From assembly GCA_965203805.1 (NCBI GenBank), contig OZ241917.1, forward strand, positions 1,600,001 through 1,664,000: a stretch of 64,000 bases of DNA. Reading direction: 5' to 3'. The notes beneath the pieces were generated by a model. The model was not told the DNA's origin. It did no database searches and saw only the letters and a list, made by a program, of their open reading frames with translations. Of the stretch, positions 19,625 through 29,763 are shown piece by piece (positions within the stretch are counted from its first letter, which is position 1; the number at the start of each line of letters is the position of its first letter). The position numbers and the translations under genes were made by a program. The DNA comes from Candidatus Latescibacterota bacterium (lineage in GTDB: Bacteria; Latescibacterota; UBA2968; GCA-2709665).

Positions 19625-21001
19625 CTACCTGCTGAACGCGTCGGGCCTGCTGGATTCCGAGGGCCAGTACCCGTCGCGGCTCGGGTGCCAGCGCTTGCCG
19701 CACAGGTCGGAGATCACGCTCCATTCGGGGGCGCTCAGATCAGGGTCCGGCTGGAACAGGAAGCGCTGCAGGCCGGCCCGCTCGGAGGCGGTCAGGATGC
19801 CGTGCAGGTCGCGGGCGGTCATGGGCTCGCCCCCGTGCGGACGGCGCCCCGTCGACACCCAGGCGATCACCTTGTTCACATCCCCGATGGCCTCCAGCGC
19901 TCGGCGCGTCTCGTTGTACACCAGCTCCGAGAAGAACTCCTCGGGGAACCCCAGTTCCATGTCCGCCAGGGTCTGCACCCCGGGAAGCTCCAGCCCCAGG
20001 AAGGCCTTGACCACGGCGAAGCCGTCTGCCTCCAACAGGGTCGGGTTCCAGTCCAGGACCTGCTGCACCCAGCGGGCCATGGTGCCGTAGAGGCCGTCAT
20101 TCCCGCGGTGCCAGAAGTAGTGCTTGGGGAAGACGTAGTCGAAGTACTCCGCCATCTCGCCAAATTCGTGCCCGGTCAGTGACGAGAAAGCGGCGGTGCG
20201 CGGAATGCCCCCCAGCTCCACCTTCCCTCCCACTCTCTGCACCTGCGCGTGCACGGCGCGCATGAACCCCCGCGCCGCTTCGCGGCGGGCGCGCAGCCAG
20301 TACAGGGCATCCTCGTTCAGGTCGAACAGGTTCAGTGCCCCCAGCATGCCGCCGGACGCGTGGTAGCGCACCAGATCCGGAGTCAGGTTGTGGAAACGCT
20401 CGTTCAGGTGCGCCATGCCGCGGGCGACGCGCTCCACATCGGCGCCGATGGCTTCCAGGCGGTGCCGCATGCGACCGTCCAGTTCCAGTAGGGCCTGACC
20501 CCGATGGAAGGCAAGTTCGTAGAAGGTCTCACCGGGCTGGTCCAGGATGACGCCGTGGGCCTGGGGATAGGCACTGGCCAGGTCGTGCACCCCGGCGGCC
20601 ACCTCGATGGCCCCGAAAGGGTCCTCCTCCTCGGCTAGGCCGCTGGTGGTACCCTGGCCCCGCTGGTAGAGCAGCCGGAGCCCGTCTCTGGAGTCGAAGA
20701 TCATGATGTGCCAGCCCCGGGAGGCGGCGTTGTCGAGGAGTGCGTGGAGCTGCTTCTCCCTCTCGGGGGTGCGGGCCGTTTCCGGGGGCGGCTTGATGCC
20801 GAACGCGGCGTACACCTTTGGGTCCGCCGCAAACGAGGGGGTGAGGGTGTCCCCCCACAACGGCATGCCGGCCTCGTTCCTGAGCCACATCCGTCCCACC
20901 ACGATGCCGCCCACCCCTCCCGCCTCCCACGCGTCGAAGATGCGCGGGTAGTCGTCCAGCCAGCGCTCCAGGGGATTGTGCACGAAGATCCAGGGTACCA
21001 T
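19625..21001 (-). CDS. conserved hypothetical protein (homolog of 29764), possible TIM-barrel
   Basis: YELAFH, FPKHYFWHRG.DG.YGT, WVSTGRRPHGG shared with 29764. Confidence 0.85.
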   Translation of the reverse strand: MVPWIFVHNPLERWLDDYPRIFDAWEAGGVGGIVVGRMWLRNEAGMPLWGDTLTPSFAADPKVYAAFGIKPPPETARTPEREKQLHALLDNAASRGWHIMIFDSRDGLRLLYQRGQGTTSGLAEEEDPFGAIEVAAGVHDLASAYPQAHGVILDQPGETFYELAFHRGQALLELDGRMRHRLEAIGADVERVARGMAHLNERFHNLTPDLVRYHASGGMLGALNLFDLNEDALYWLRARREAARGFMRAVHAQVQRVGGKVELGGIPRTAAFSSLTGHEFGEMAEYFDYVFPKHYFWHRGNDGLYGTMARWVQQVLDWNPTLLEADGFAVVKAFLGLELPGVQTLADMELGFPEEFFSELVYNETRRALEAIGDVNKVIAWVSTGRRPHGGEPMTARDLHGILTASERAGLQRFLFQPDPDLSAPEWSVISDLCGKRWHPSRDGYWPSESSRPDAFSR

Positions 21002-21126
21002 CGCGTCACCTCTCTCTGGGGTTACCCCAGTTTAGTGGACCGTTCCTTAACTGCACATTCAATGAGCATCCACAGCCACTTCGGTCTTCGCATGCAACTA
21101 CGGAATCTTCTTTAAGAAATGCCCTG

Positions 21127-22254
21127 TCAGGCCGGTGTACCGCGCCAGAAATCGTTGTACGCCGCCAGCGGCCCGTCCCCGTGCGGCCCGGTAGCCAGGT
21201 CCAGCCCACCGAAGAGATATACGGAATCGCCCCCCACTGTCATAACGGGGATTCGCTTGACACCGGGACGTTCGGCGCCGGCAGAGTAATCCTTCGCACC
21301 GTTGTGTGGATACAGACAGTCCCACCGGCCGGCACGAAGATCGTACTGCCACAGATCGTTCAGCTGGGGGTGCTCCCCTTCCCCTCCTGCATATCCTCCG
21401 AACAGATACAGGCAATCTCCGATCACAGCGTATCCCAGCCCGTACCGGGGGGAAGGCCGCGCAACATCATCCGCCCGGTTCTCCTGAATGCAGGTCCAGG
21501 CGCCTCCTTCGGGATCGTATTCCCACAGATCGTTGAAGAACTCCGGCGCTCGCCCCTGACTGTCCCGACCGCCCCACAGGTAGAGCCTGCCGTTCCAGGC
21601 GACAAGCACGGGACAGTATCGTTTCGGCGGCCAACCGTCGCGCCCGTTCGACGCAGGCCCCAGGTACTCCCATTTCCCGGCCGGCGCCTTGTAGGTCCAC
21701 AACTGGGCGTGCGTCATCGCGCCATGTCCCCCCATCAGATACAGGGAATCGCCCAGAGCGACCGCCCCCATCCCGCCGTACCCGGCGGGGCGATGCCCAT
21801 CCGCCACAATTCCTGATGCGCGCCCGTCGTCGGGCTCCAACAGCTCCCACGAGGCTGTCTTCGGATCGTAGGCCCAGAGATCGTTCAGCTTGATCTCCCC
21901 CTTGCCGGGGCCCCGCACCGAGGACCCGCCGAAAAGATAAAGCCTGCCGTTCGCGGGCAGCCAGGTCGTGAGCTTCCGGGTGCACGGTCTGGTATCGGAC
22001 GGTCTGAACCCGATCCGCCCGTTGTGGTCTTCCAACCGCGTCCACCGGCCTCGACCCGGGTCGTAGCGCCAAAGGTCGTTCAAAGAACCCTGGACGGAAA
22101 GATCTCCAGGTCCTTTCGGCCGGCCGTACATCACTTTTATCCCGCCGAACAGGTAGACGCATCCATCGTAGCTCAACATCCCGCCGAAGGCCGCCCGCCT
22201 GCAGGGTACATCCTCGGTTTGCTCCCGGTCCGGATGCAACAGTTCCCAATTCAT
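21127..22254 (-). CDS. kelch repeat protein (near-duplicate of 18373)
   Basis: Almost identical sequence. Confidence 0.9.
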   Translation of the reverse strand: MNWELLHPDREQTEDVPCRRAAFGGMLSYDGCVYLFGGIKVMYGRPKGPGDLSVQGSLNDLWRYDPGRGRWTRLEDHNGRIGFRPSDTRPCTRKLTTWLPANGRLYLFGGSSVRGPGKGEIKLNDLWAYDPKTASWELLEPDDGRASGIVADGHRPAGYGGMGAVALGDSLYLMGGHGAMTHAQLWTYKAPAGKWEYLGPASNGRDGWPPKRYCPVLVAWNGRLYLWGGRDSQGRAPEFFNDLWEYDPEGGAWTCIQENRADDVARPSPRYGLGYAVIGDCLYLFGGYAGGEGEHPQLNDLWQYDLRAGRWDCLYPHNGAKDYSAGAERPGVKRIPVMTVGGDSVYLFGGLDLATGPHGDGPLAAYNDFWRGTPA

Positions 22255-22375
22255 AGCGGACCTCCGTGCGGCATGACGTGCGATCCTGCGGAGAAAGTTC
22301 GGCGAATTCCATTGGTTGCAAGAAAATTCCGATACAGTTTATTCGCCGAGGATGATTGCTGCCCCCCAAACGGCT

Positions 22376-23833
22376 TCAGGACGCATAAAGAGCAAACAGC
22401 CTGGCGCGGTCCAGGTACACTTTGACCTTCATCCCTCCGCTTGCCTGTGAGACCATCTTCTCTTCGAGCCCACCCTCTCTATCCCCGACCGCGCCTGTCG
22501 GATCGCTTTTCCATTGTACCCGGTACTCTGTTTCGTTCGCCGAGAAGGGTATGCAGTCTTCTTTGCCAAAACCCGGCACGACCCGGTCAAACGGATCGAC
22601 GATCTCCACTCGCAGCGACCCGCCGGTCGCATCGGCGTTGATCCACAATGCATTGGGTTCGATACTCAGCGGGACCGTGGTCACGACCCCGTGCGCCTCC
22701 GTCTTCAGACAGACCAGCCGGTCCTTTTCGATCTTTGCCAGATTGATTCCCCGCCGGGATTCCTCGCCGTAGCGCGTCCCCTCGCCGTGCAGTTCGTTCG
22801 AGCAGCTGTGATAGATCCAAATCTCGTCGTCACGGACAAAGGGGGCATGAGACGGATAGACACTTCCACTGTCGTGGCTGCCGCGGGAGCCGCATACCAG
22901 AATCGGTTCGCGGTTGCCCGCCCGATGCCAGGTCCGGCCGTTCTTCGAGTAGGTCAGCTGAATGTCCATCCGGTTCATCCATTCGGGCATCCAATCTTCG
23001 ATCCGGTTCCGGGCGATCCACCCCTCGTGGAGCGTGTGAAACACGGACAGGAAGCCGATACGAAAGTCGCGATACGCCAGCGAACTCATGCCGTAAAACT
23101 CCTGGTCCTGCGGCGGGTCGTGCTCGTCGGGTGCGACGATGATCTTTCGCGGGGTCCAGTTTTCGAAATCATCGCTTTCGGCCATGCAAATGATGCGCAC
23201 GTTAGGCCGGCCCCGCAGATAAACGACGTAGCGGTGAATCTTCGCATCCCAATAAGCGACCAGGTGGGTATCCGAACCCTGTGGAATGACCGGGTTGAGC
23301 CAGCGCTGGGGCACGTCCCAATGAATCCCGTCGGCAGAATACGCCACACATACCGGCTGAACAATACCGGCGAATATCATGTCTCCGCTCTGGAACATGA
23401 AGAGCATCTTGTAGCGCCTGGCCGGGTCTGTTTCGATAGGGTCTTTCATGACCCCTGTCCCGGCCCCCCACCGCAGAAAGGGAAAGACCAGGTTATTCTC
23501 TTTGCTGCCGCCATCCTCAACGAGGTTGAGAACGGGTTTTTCCCAGTGGATGCCGTCCCTGGACACGGCGTAGGCCAGTCCGTCCGCCGCTTCGCCGCGC
23601 GCTTCGCTCAATCTTCGGCTCACGCCGTACCACATCTTGAAGGTATCTTCGTCGTCATCGTACAGGACGTTGACGTAGCCCCCGATCAGCCACTCCTCTT
23701 CCCAGGCCCGATCCTTCTCAATCAACGGTTGTTGCGAAACTTTCTTTGGGGGTACGACCCCTCGCACGACGCTGTCGAGACTTTCGACAAACGTATTGTC
23801 AATGAATAGGTAGGCCGCTTTCTCGTCCGTCAT
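22376..23833 (-). CDS. glycoside hydrolase-like beta-propeller protein
   Basis: YAVSRDGIHWEKP, YSADGIHW Asp-box repeats. Confidence 0.75.
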   Translation of the reverse strand: MTDEKAAYLFIDNTFVESLDSVVRGVVPPKKVSQQPLIEKDRAWEEEWLIGGYVNVLYDDDEDTFKMWYGVSRRLSEARGEAADGLAYAVSRDGIHWEKPVLNLVEDGGSKENNLVFPFLRWGAGTGVMKDPIETDPARRYKMLFMFQSGDMIFAGIVQPVCVAYSADGIHWDVPQRWLNPVIPQGSDTHLVAYWDAKIHRYVVYLRGRPNVRIICMAESDDFENWTPRKIIVAPDEHDPPQDQEFYGMSSLAYRDFRIGFLSVFHTLHEGWIARNRIEDWMPEWMNRMDIQLTYSKNGRTWHRAGNREPILVCGSRGSHDSGSVYPSHAPFVRDDEIWIYHSCSNELHGEGTRYGEESRRGINLAKIEKDRLVCLKTEAHGVVTTVPLSIEPNALWINADATGGSLRVEIVDPFDRVVPGFGKEDCIPFSANETEYRVQWKSDPTGAVGDREGGLEEKMVSQASGGMKVKVYLDRARLFALYAS

Positions 23834-24011
23834 TGGTCTCTCCGTGTATTGAATGACTCCCTGATCTGCGCGAACGAGCAAAGCTTACAATGAGACCGAG
23901 AGGTGAATCCATACGCCGTGAAGCGACCGGGATGGAGTGACTCTTGTCTCTTGTGCGCAATTTTCCGGGTGGGGGCGTTGGGTTGAGGCCGATTCCTCGC
24001 GCTTGCACAAC

Positions 24012-24887
24012 CTATATCTCAACAGTCGAAAGCTCGTCAGGACGCACAATACAACCGCTATATCCATTCCCTTGGTAGCCCCGGCGGAGCCTGCCGACGA
24101 TGTCCTCGCTGCGCGGCGAACCGCAGTGGATGACCACGATCCTAGATATTCCAGCTTCATTAGCGATGTCAACCACCTCTGAGATGTCCGCGCTGACGCC
24201 CCGGATCGGATGCGACGCATCTTCGTCATTCTCTTTGAAATTGCGCATAGAGAGCCCCGTAACGAATGTATCAACCCCCCTGGCCAATGGCCTCAGTTCG
24301 GGACAGTCCGCTGCATCGCACAGGAAGAGCACGCTGCCGCTATCCGTATCGATCCGGTACGCCAGCTCGGTCAGGTAAGGCTCGACATGAGGAACCTGTA
24401 CAGCCGTCGCCTTCCAACCTTTCCCCTCGACAACCGCTCCTGAACTGATGTCGGATACATCGACCTTCATGCCCGGCCGGGGAAGCGTTCCGCCCCTCCC
24501 CACGTGCCCGTGGTGGCTGATGTGGTGTTCTCGACGCGCAACGATGTCGGGAAGGAAGGCGCCGTCCTTGCCAAAAAGGCGATCGACGAATTCAACAGTC
24601 GGAGGCGGACCAAAGACTCTGAGGGGAGGAAGATCGCCGGGGTCGAGATCGAACCGTAACAAGGCAAAGCACGGGAAATCAACGATATGATCCGAATGAT
24701 GGTGAGTCAGGAAAATCGAATTCACCTGTGTAGGGCTCACTCCCATGCGTGCCATCTTGTAGGTTGTGGCGGGACCGCAATCAACCATGATACGATCGTC
24801 ACCGATCTCGAGAATGCAGGAACACCCGTAGCGTTCACCCATACGGCTGGGACGCGGACCACCGTTTCCGAGAATGTGTAGCTTCAT
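24012..24887 (-). CDS. MBL-fold metallohydrolase (RNase Z/AtsA-like)
   Basis: VDCG, THHHSDH. Confidence 0.9.
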   Translation of the reverse strand: MKLHILGNGGPRPSRMGERYGCSCILEIGDDRIMVDCGPATTYKMARMGVSPTQVNSIFLTHHHSDHIVDFPCFALLRFDLDPGDLPPLRVFGPPPTVEFVDRLFGKDGAFLPDIVARREHHISHHGHVGRGGTLPRPGMKVDVSDISSGAVVEGKGWKATAVQVPHVEPYLTELAYRIDTDSGSVLFLCDAADCPELRPLARGVDTFVTGLSMRNFKENDEDASHPIRGVSADISEVVDIANEAGISRIVVIHCGSPRSEDIVGRLRRGYQGNGYSGCIVRPDELSTVEI

Positions 24888-24988
24888 TTGACCGTCACCG
24901 GGTAGCCTTTCACTTATTGTGCACTCATATTGGTCTTCTGGCCGCCAACTCTTGCTTATGACGATCAAGTCTCCCCGTTTCCCGCCTC

Positions 24989-26329
24989 TCAGCCTGCTTC
25001 GCGACGTTGACCCAGACGTAGAGCCCAGGGATCACCCAGCCGGTCAATAACCGCTGTTTCGCTCAAGCCTGAATGCTTCACCACCCAATTCAATTCCTCC
25101 TCGAGTGTGATCTCGAATCCGCCAGGATCGTCCGTGCAGATCGCAAGATCCACCTCTGATTCAAGGAATCTGTGAATCGGGTGGGCGCCGGGGTGCGGGA
25201 TGCCACCGATACGAAGATTTGAGGTCGGGCAACACTCGATCGCCGTTCCCAACCGTGCCAATTCGTCCAGCACGTACTCCTGGCGCGCGTGAATATTGGA
25301 GATTCTCGGCCTGTCATAGTGTGAGCGCACGACTTCACCAGGATCCATCGTTTCCAGACAGCGCCTCTCGGATTTCAGTTCGTTTTCATTGACGACAACA
25401 CCGTATTTGGACAGTTCCTCGGCTCTCTCCAGGTCATAGGCAATCTGATCGAGACGTTCCTCTACCGATTCCCGTTCATGCGCACCAGGGCGCCTTGCAA
25501 GTGCTGTACGAGCGTCCAGGCCCAACGCGATCGCGTGACCCAATCTTCTGACGCCCAATTCGGCTACTTCGTGACACCACCGGATTGCGCCCTCAAGCGA
25601 CTTGTCAAAGTATTGTTCGCCAACGTGATATACGACATCAAGAGCCTGATCCGGTCGCGCTTTATTGTCAGCCTCCAGCTGAGTCAACAACGGGGCCACA
25701 TGCTTTGGTGGATTCCCTTCCTCAACGCTCGCGAAATCAACGCCCACGAGCGTATCCACCAGCTCCGGATGTTTCTCAAGCAAATCACGGGTGAGTCTAT
25801 ATGCATCCTCGGCAGCATGGCGCGGTATGCTCACAATGTACCTGGCCGTAAACGATGCGTCGCTGGCCGCTTGAAGAGCCCTGGCACAGAAGGGATGCCA
25901 GAACATGAACCCGTCCATTCCGCTGCCGCAACGATATTCGACGTATCGATAGCCTTCCGTCTTGTGGCGAGCGAGCATGTGCCGAAGGAGGTCACCCTCA
26001 CGATCAAGCTCGCGGAGATGACTCCACACCCGCAAAAAGAATCCGTTCTTCGCCTCCCACTTCCCGAAATCTCCACCATCCTCGACGGTGTACACGTAAG
26101 CCCGCCGGAGTTCTTCAAGTCCTGCGGCATCGTTTACAGCCCCATCGAATATCCCAATCGGATCCAATGAGGTCTCATACAGCTCATTATAGCGATCTAG
26201 AAAGCCTTCCTCGTTCCAATTGACATCGGTGTAAACGTCCTTCCCGAGATCAAAGAAGTCCTGCGTCGTGTATGCACCCAGTATGTGAAGATGTAGATCT
26301 GTTGTGCTCAGATCCTTCAAAGAGGGCAT
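24989..26329 (-). CDS. adenosine deaminase-like amidohydrolase
   Basis: DLHLHILGA, YHVGE, RLGHAI, CPTSN, CTDDP. Confidence 0.85.
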   Translation of the reverse strand: MPSLKDLSTTDLHLHILGAYTTQDFFDLGKDVYTDVNWNEEGFLDRYNELYETSLDPIGIFDGAVNDAAGLEELRRAYVYTVEDGGDFGKWEAKNGFFLRVWSHLRELDREGDLLRHMLARHKTEGYRYVEYRCGSGMDGFMFWHPFCARALQAASDASFTARYIVSIPRHAAEDAYRLTRDLLEKHPELVDTLVGVDFASVEEGNPPKHVAPLLTQLEADNKARPDQALDVVYHVGEQYFDKSLEGAIRWCHEVAELGVRRLGHAIALGLDARTALARRPGAHERESVEERLDQIAYDLERAEELSKYGVVVNENELKSERRCLETMDPGEVVRSHYDRPRISNIHARQEYVLDELARLGTAIECCPTSNLRIGGIPHPGAHPIHRFLESEVDLAICTDDPGGFEITLEEELNWVVKHSGLSETAVIDRLGDPWALRLGQRREAG

Positions 26330-26394
26330 CAGATGCCTCCTTGCCAGCGATGGGAATGGCGCGGAACGTCGTGAATCGAGCGAATTCCCCTGTC

Positions 26395-26481
26395 AGATGA
26401 CGTTCCCTGCACCCGCGAACCTGCCGCAGGCCGGCTGGGCGAAGGGCTGAATGGCCGGAACCGTGGGTGCTCGTATTACCG
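26395..26481 (-). repeat. attC-like site (degenerate cores)
   Basis: ATGACGTT..GCGAACCTGCCGCAGG..ATGGCCGGAACCGTGG..TCGTATTAC, similar to the 37099 and 2940 sites. Confidence 0.65.
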
Positions 26482-26514
26482 GCAGGCGATTATTGTCGGC
26501 GAAGCCAGTCACGG

Positions 26515-27321
26515 CTATCCACCGCCGGGGCAACCTGGCCCGGGTTTCTCTGTTCTTCTGAGCAAGATGATCGGACGGTTGATCTTCCCATCGCCGCTCA
26601 GTGGTGATGAGAAATCCCAGTCATTCCACCATCCGAGAAACTTGAAGTCGGAGCGCGCAGAAATGAAAGATAGAAACTCCTGAGGGAAGATCACTCGCCT
26701 GACAGACGCTCCCTGAACTTTCTCGACCTCTCCGTCCTTTAGGACCTCGAGGCATTCGGTATCCTCGTAGAGTTGTTCTAATTTGTCCAGAACCCGTGAA
26801 GCGAAACTGGCCTTCACGACGACACCGTTCTTTTCAACTTCCCAGTCGTCCACGCTGGAGTCCTGATTATCAAACTTGACGCACCAATCAAGCAGATAAA
26901 GACCGCCTGGCCTCAATGTTCTGGCGACGGCGTCGAAATGTGAGACAAGCTCATCGCTGCTCTTTACAAAAAGAGAGCCGAGCATCACGAAGGCGAAATC
27001 AACAGTCTTGTCGATCTGGAAGTCGACCATGTTCGCCTTCAAAAACTGCGCGTAAACTCCCCTCTTCCTGGCTTTCTCCTTCGAATACGTCAGCATCTCG
27101 TCACTGATGTCGATTCCTATAAAATCGTAGCCTCTGCCTGTCAGCTCTTCCATGTGGGGGCTGTTGCCGCATCCGATCTCAAGGAAGGTTTTGACAGGGA
27201 TCTCTGCAAAGCGACGGGCGGCCTCTTCCAGAACGTCTACCTCCCGCGGAATATCGCGGAAAGAGAACGCAATCTCGTAAACCTCGGGGAGTTGGTAGAT
27301 GCTATTCAAAGTTCTGCCCAC
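26515..27321 (-). CDS. class I SAM-dependent methyltransferase (paralog of 4124)
   Basis: FLEIGCGNS. Confidence 0.9.
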   Translation of the reverse strand: MGRTLNSIYQLPEVYEIAFSFRDIPREVDVLEEAARRFAEIPVKTFLEIGCGNSPHMEELTGRGYDFIGIDISDEMLTYSKEKARKRGVYAQFLKANMVDFQIDKTVDFAFVMLGSLFVKSSDELVSHFDAVARTLRPGGLYLLDWCVKFDNQDSSVDDWEVEKNGVVVKASFASRVLDKLEQLYEDTECLEVLKDGEVEKVQGASVRRVIFPQEFLSFISARSDFKFLGWWNDWDFSSPLSGDGKINRPIILLRRTEKPGPGCPGGG

Positions 27322-27324
27322 ACC

Positions 27325-28011
27325 TCAATCCTCTTTACTGCTTTCCGTTTGCATTTCTGCCAGCAAACGACCGAGATCGGGATACTCTCTGCGCGCGAAC
27401 TGTCGAATCTCTTCCAATGGAGGAATTGACGTGGGCTTCTCCTTTGGAAGTGCCTTTAAGGCCGGCGGAATCCGGTCGGGGAAGGTTGCCAGGTGAAACC
27501 CTGTTCGATTCTGCGCGAAATCAGTGAGAAGTTTACTGTCCTTAAACCTGGAATGTACAGGAAAGAGATACATGGCATCAACCCGGAATGGACCGAAAAT
27601 CCGTGCAACTGCTCCATCTGAAGGATCTACCGCCGATGATATTGAAAAAAGCCGCTGCAGGACTTCCTGTCCATGTTCACCTTGTACATAGACGCGTCTG
27701 AGCGGGACCTCAGAACTATCTTGCGAGATGGCTGTGACGACCAGGAGCCCATATCCATTCAAACGGTGAAACTCCTTACTATCCTTTGGAAACGCAATGT
27801 CGTGAAACCCGGCCCTCGCGGCCACAGCTCCATATTTCTTGTAACGTAGCGCGGATTCTTTAATGATTCTGTCCATCCGCGCACTACTCACAGGCTCAGA
27901 AGAGTACCGGGTCCGCTCTCGAACGTGGAAAAAGTCTTCAGCCTCTGTCCAGCCAAAGTCAGGGATAAACACCATCACGACTGCCAGTATTGCCAATGAT
28001 CGTCTCATCAA
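27325..28011 (-). CDS. hypothetical exported protein
   Basis: Signal-peptide-like MRRSLAILAVVMVF. Confidence 0.7.
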   Translation of the reverse strand: MMRRSLAILAVVMVFIPDFGWTEAEDFFHVRERTRYSSEPVSSARMDRIIKESALRYKKYGAVAARAGFHDIAFPKDSKEFHRLNGYGLLVVTAISQDSSEVPLRRVYVQGEHGQEVLQRLFSISSAVDPSDGAVARIFGPFRVDAMYLFPVHSRFKDSKLLTDFAQNRTGFHLATFPDRIPPALKALPKEKPTSIPPLEEIRQFARREYPDLGRLLAEMQTESSKED

Positions 28012-28144
28012 ATGTACCCTGCCTTATTGTCGAGTAACGTAGTCAGTTGGAGTGAGGAACTGGAGCCATCGATTCGTGCTTCCCACTCAAGCTTTTCGTC
28101 CGTAACGGGAGGAGTCGCGCGAAAGAAACTCAATTGAAACAGCA

Positions 28145-28795
28145 CTAAGTCTGCATCAGTTCATGGATCAGCGGCGGGACCTGGCGGATATCGGTCAGTT
28201 GCCGGAATGCGCCGGTAAAGTCCAGGCCGTGCGTGAGGCCCTGCGGTATGACGATGCAGCGCAGCCCGGCCGCCAGTGCGGCGCGCAGCCCGCGGTCCGA
28301 GTCTTCGACAACGACGCATTCTGCAGCGCTGAGCCCGTTCTTCCGCATGGCCGTGAGGTAGGGCTCGGGGTCCGGCTTGGAATGCCGGTAGTCTTCGCGC
28401 AGGAGCGTGAAATCAACGCAGTCCAGCAGGCCGGTGTCGGCGTGGATGATCTCAAAGTGCTCCCGCCGCGAGCTGGTGACAATGCCCATGCGTACCGTGC
28501 CGTGGAGTTGGCGAAGCACGTGGCGGGCGCCCTTGATGACGGGTACGCCGACGCGCAACAGTTCAGTGTAGCGGGCGTTGCGCCAGATGCGGGCGGCCTC
28601 CAGCGCCTGTTCGTCTATGCCGTGTTCGGCGGCAATTCTGGTAAGGCCATCGCTGGCCTTGAGGAAGAACTCGATGAAACGGGCTTCGCTCAGGCGCACG
28701 CCGAGGGGTTCCAGGGTTTCGCGGCAGGCCTGGAAGTACAGGCCTTCGGTGTCAACCAGGACGCCGTCGTTGTCCCAGAGAATGGCTTTCAGCAT
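28145..28795 (-). CDS. HAD family phosphatase
   Basis: WDNDGVLVDTE, KPDPEPY, VEDS. Confidence 0.92.
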   Translation of the reverse strand: MLKAILWDNDGVLVDTEGLYFQACRETLEPLGVRLSEARFIEFFLKASDGLTRIAAEHGIDEQALEAARIWRNARYTELLRVGVPVIKGARHVLRQLHGTVRMGIVTSSRREHFEIIHADTGLLDCVDFTLLREDYRHSKPDPEPYLTAMRKNGLSAAECVVVEDSDRGLRAALAAGLRCIVIPQGLTHGLDFTGAFRQLTDIRQVPPLIHELMQT

Positions 28796-28822
28796 CGCGC
28801 CTTATATCCTTTCCGCTGCTTC

Positions 28823-28847
28823 GCATAACGGCCAGTTTGCCGCCGGC
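28823..28847 (-). repeat. attC remnant
   Basis: GCATAAC followed by GCCAGTTTGC; remainder lost. Confidence 0.4.
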
Positions 28848-28910
28848 AGTCCCATCGCGTCGAAGCCTGTCACGGGCAGACGTAAAGCGCACACCATCTG
28901 GCCTCTGATT

Positions 28911-29672
28911 CTACATGACCGGCCTGAATCTGGTCTGAAGAATCCTTTGGGCCGACAACTCGCCAAATGGCGCACCACAACCCCTGACATCCTCCACAAC
29001 CTTGTGGTAGTCGTAACTCAATCTGTGATTCTCCACATGCCATTCCCGCCCGTCCCACCACACGCTGGCATATCCGACTCGATGATCCCCATCAAATGGA
29101 AACCCGACGGAATCAATGATGCTGTACCGCTGACCGCAAGGAACGCCATAGGCCGCATAGTGCAGGTGTCCCGCCAGAATCAGATTGGCCTTCGCATCCC
29201 CGAGCAGTGTCCTGGCTTCCTCTTCCGGCGTAACGGTCAGAATCCTGAACGGATCCTGATCAGGTTGAAGAACCAGGAAACCGGCCACATCAGCAGGCGT
29301 TGCGTGGACAATGAGAAGATCATCCTCCGGAGACTGCCCACCGGGCGGGGTTATCCGGTGCTCAAAGGGCAGATTCTTCAGATAGCTCAACCCATCTGTT
29401 CCCAGCTTCTCTCTTACCCAGTCCAGTCTTTCCTCGGAAACCTGTTCATCGAAGACCAACTGGTCCGCGTTCCCGTAAATCGTGGGAACGCCCAGATTTC
29501 GTATCGCGTCAAGACTCTCGGCCGGGTGGGGTCCGTTCAGCACCAGGTCGCCGGCGACCACCAGACGATCATAGGGTTGGCGTTGCAGATCCTCAAGAAC
29601 CGCGTTGAGTGCAGCGACGTTGCCGTGAATATCCGCAATGACCGCAACGGAATATGACAGGGGATCGTTCAT
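28911..29672 (-). CDS. metallophosphoesterase
   Basis: ADIHGN, GDLV, GNAD, GHLH. Confidence 0.9.
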   Translation of the reverse strand: MNDPLSYSVAVIADIHGNVAALNAVLEDLQRQPYDRLVVAGDLVLNGPHPAESLDAIRNLGVPTIYGNADQLVFDEQVSEERLDWVREKLGTDGLSYLKNLPFEHRITPPGGQSPEDDLLIVHATPADVAGFLVLQPDQDPFRILTVTPEEEARTLLGDAKANLILAGHLHYAAYGVPCGQRYSIIDSVGFPFDGDHRVGYASVWWDGREWHVENHRLSYDYHKVVEDVRGCGAPFGELSAQRILQTRFRPVM

Positions 29673-29763
29673 TTCACATCTCCAGGATGGGACAAGGCGC
29701 TGTCGAAGCAGGCCATCGTTCGCGCCCGCGGGAAACCCTCCCGCGACGAGTCGAGGTTCCCGC

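Noticed and set aside
18373-22254. Diversity-generating retroelement TR/VR pair
   Set aside because: Whole-gene duplication with differences not confined to adenines, and no RT in the window
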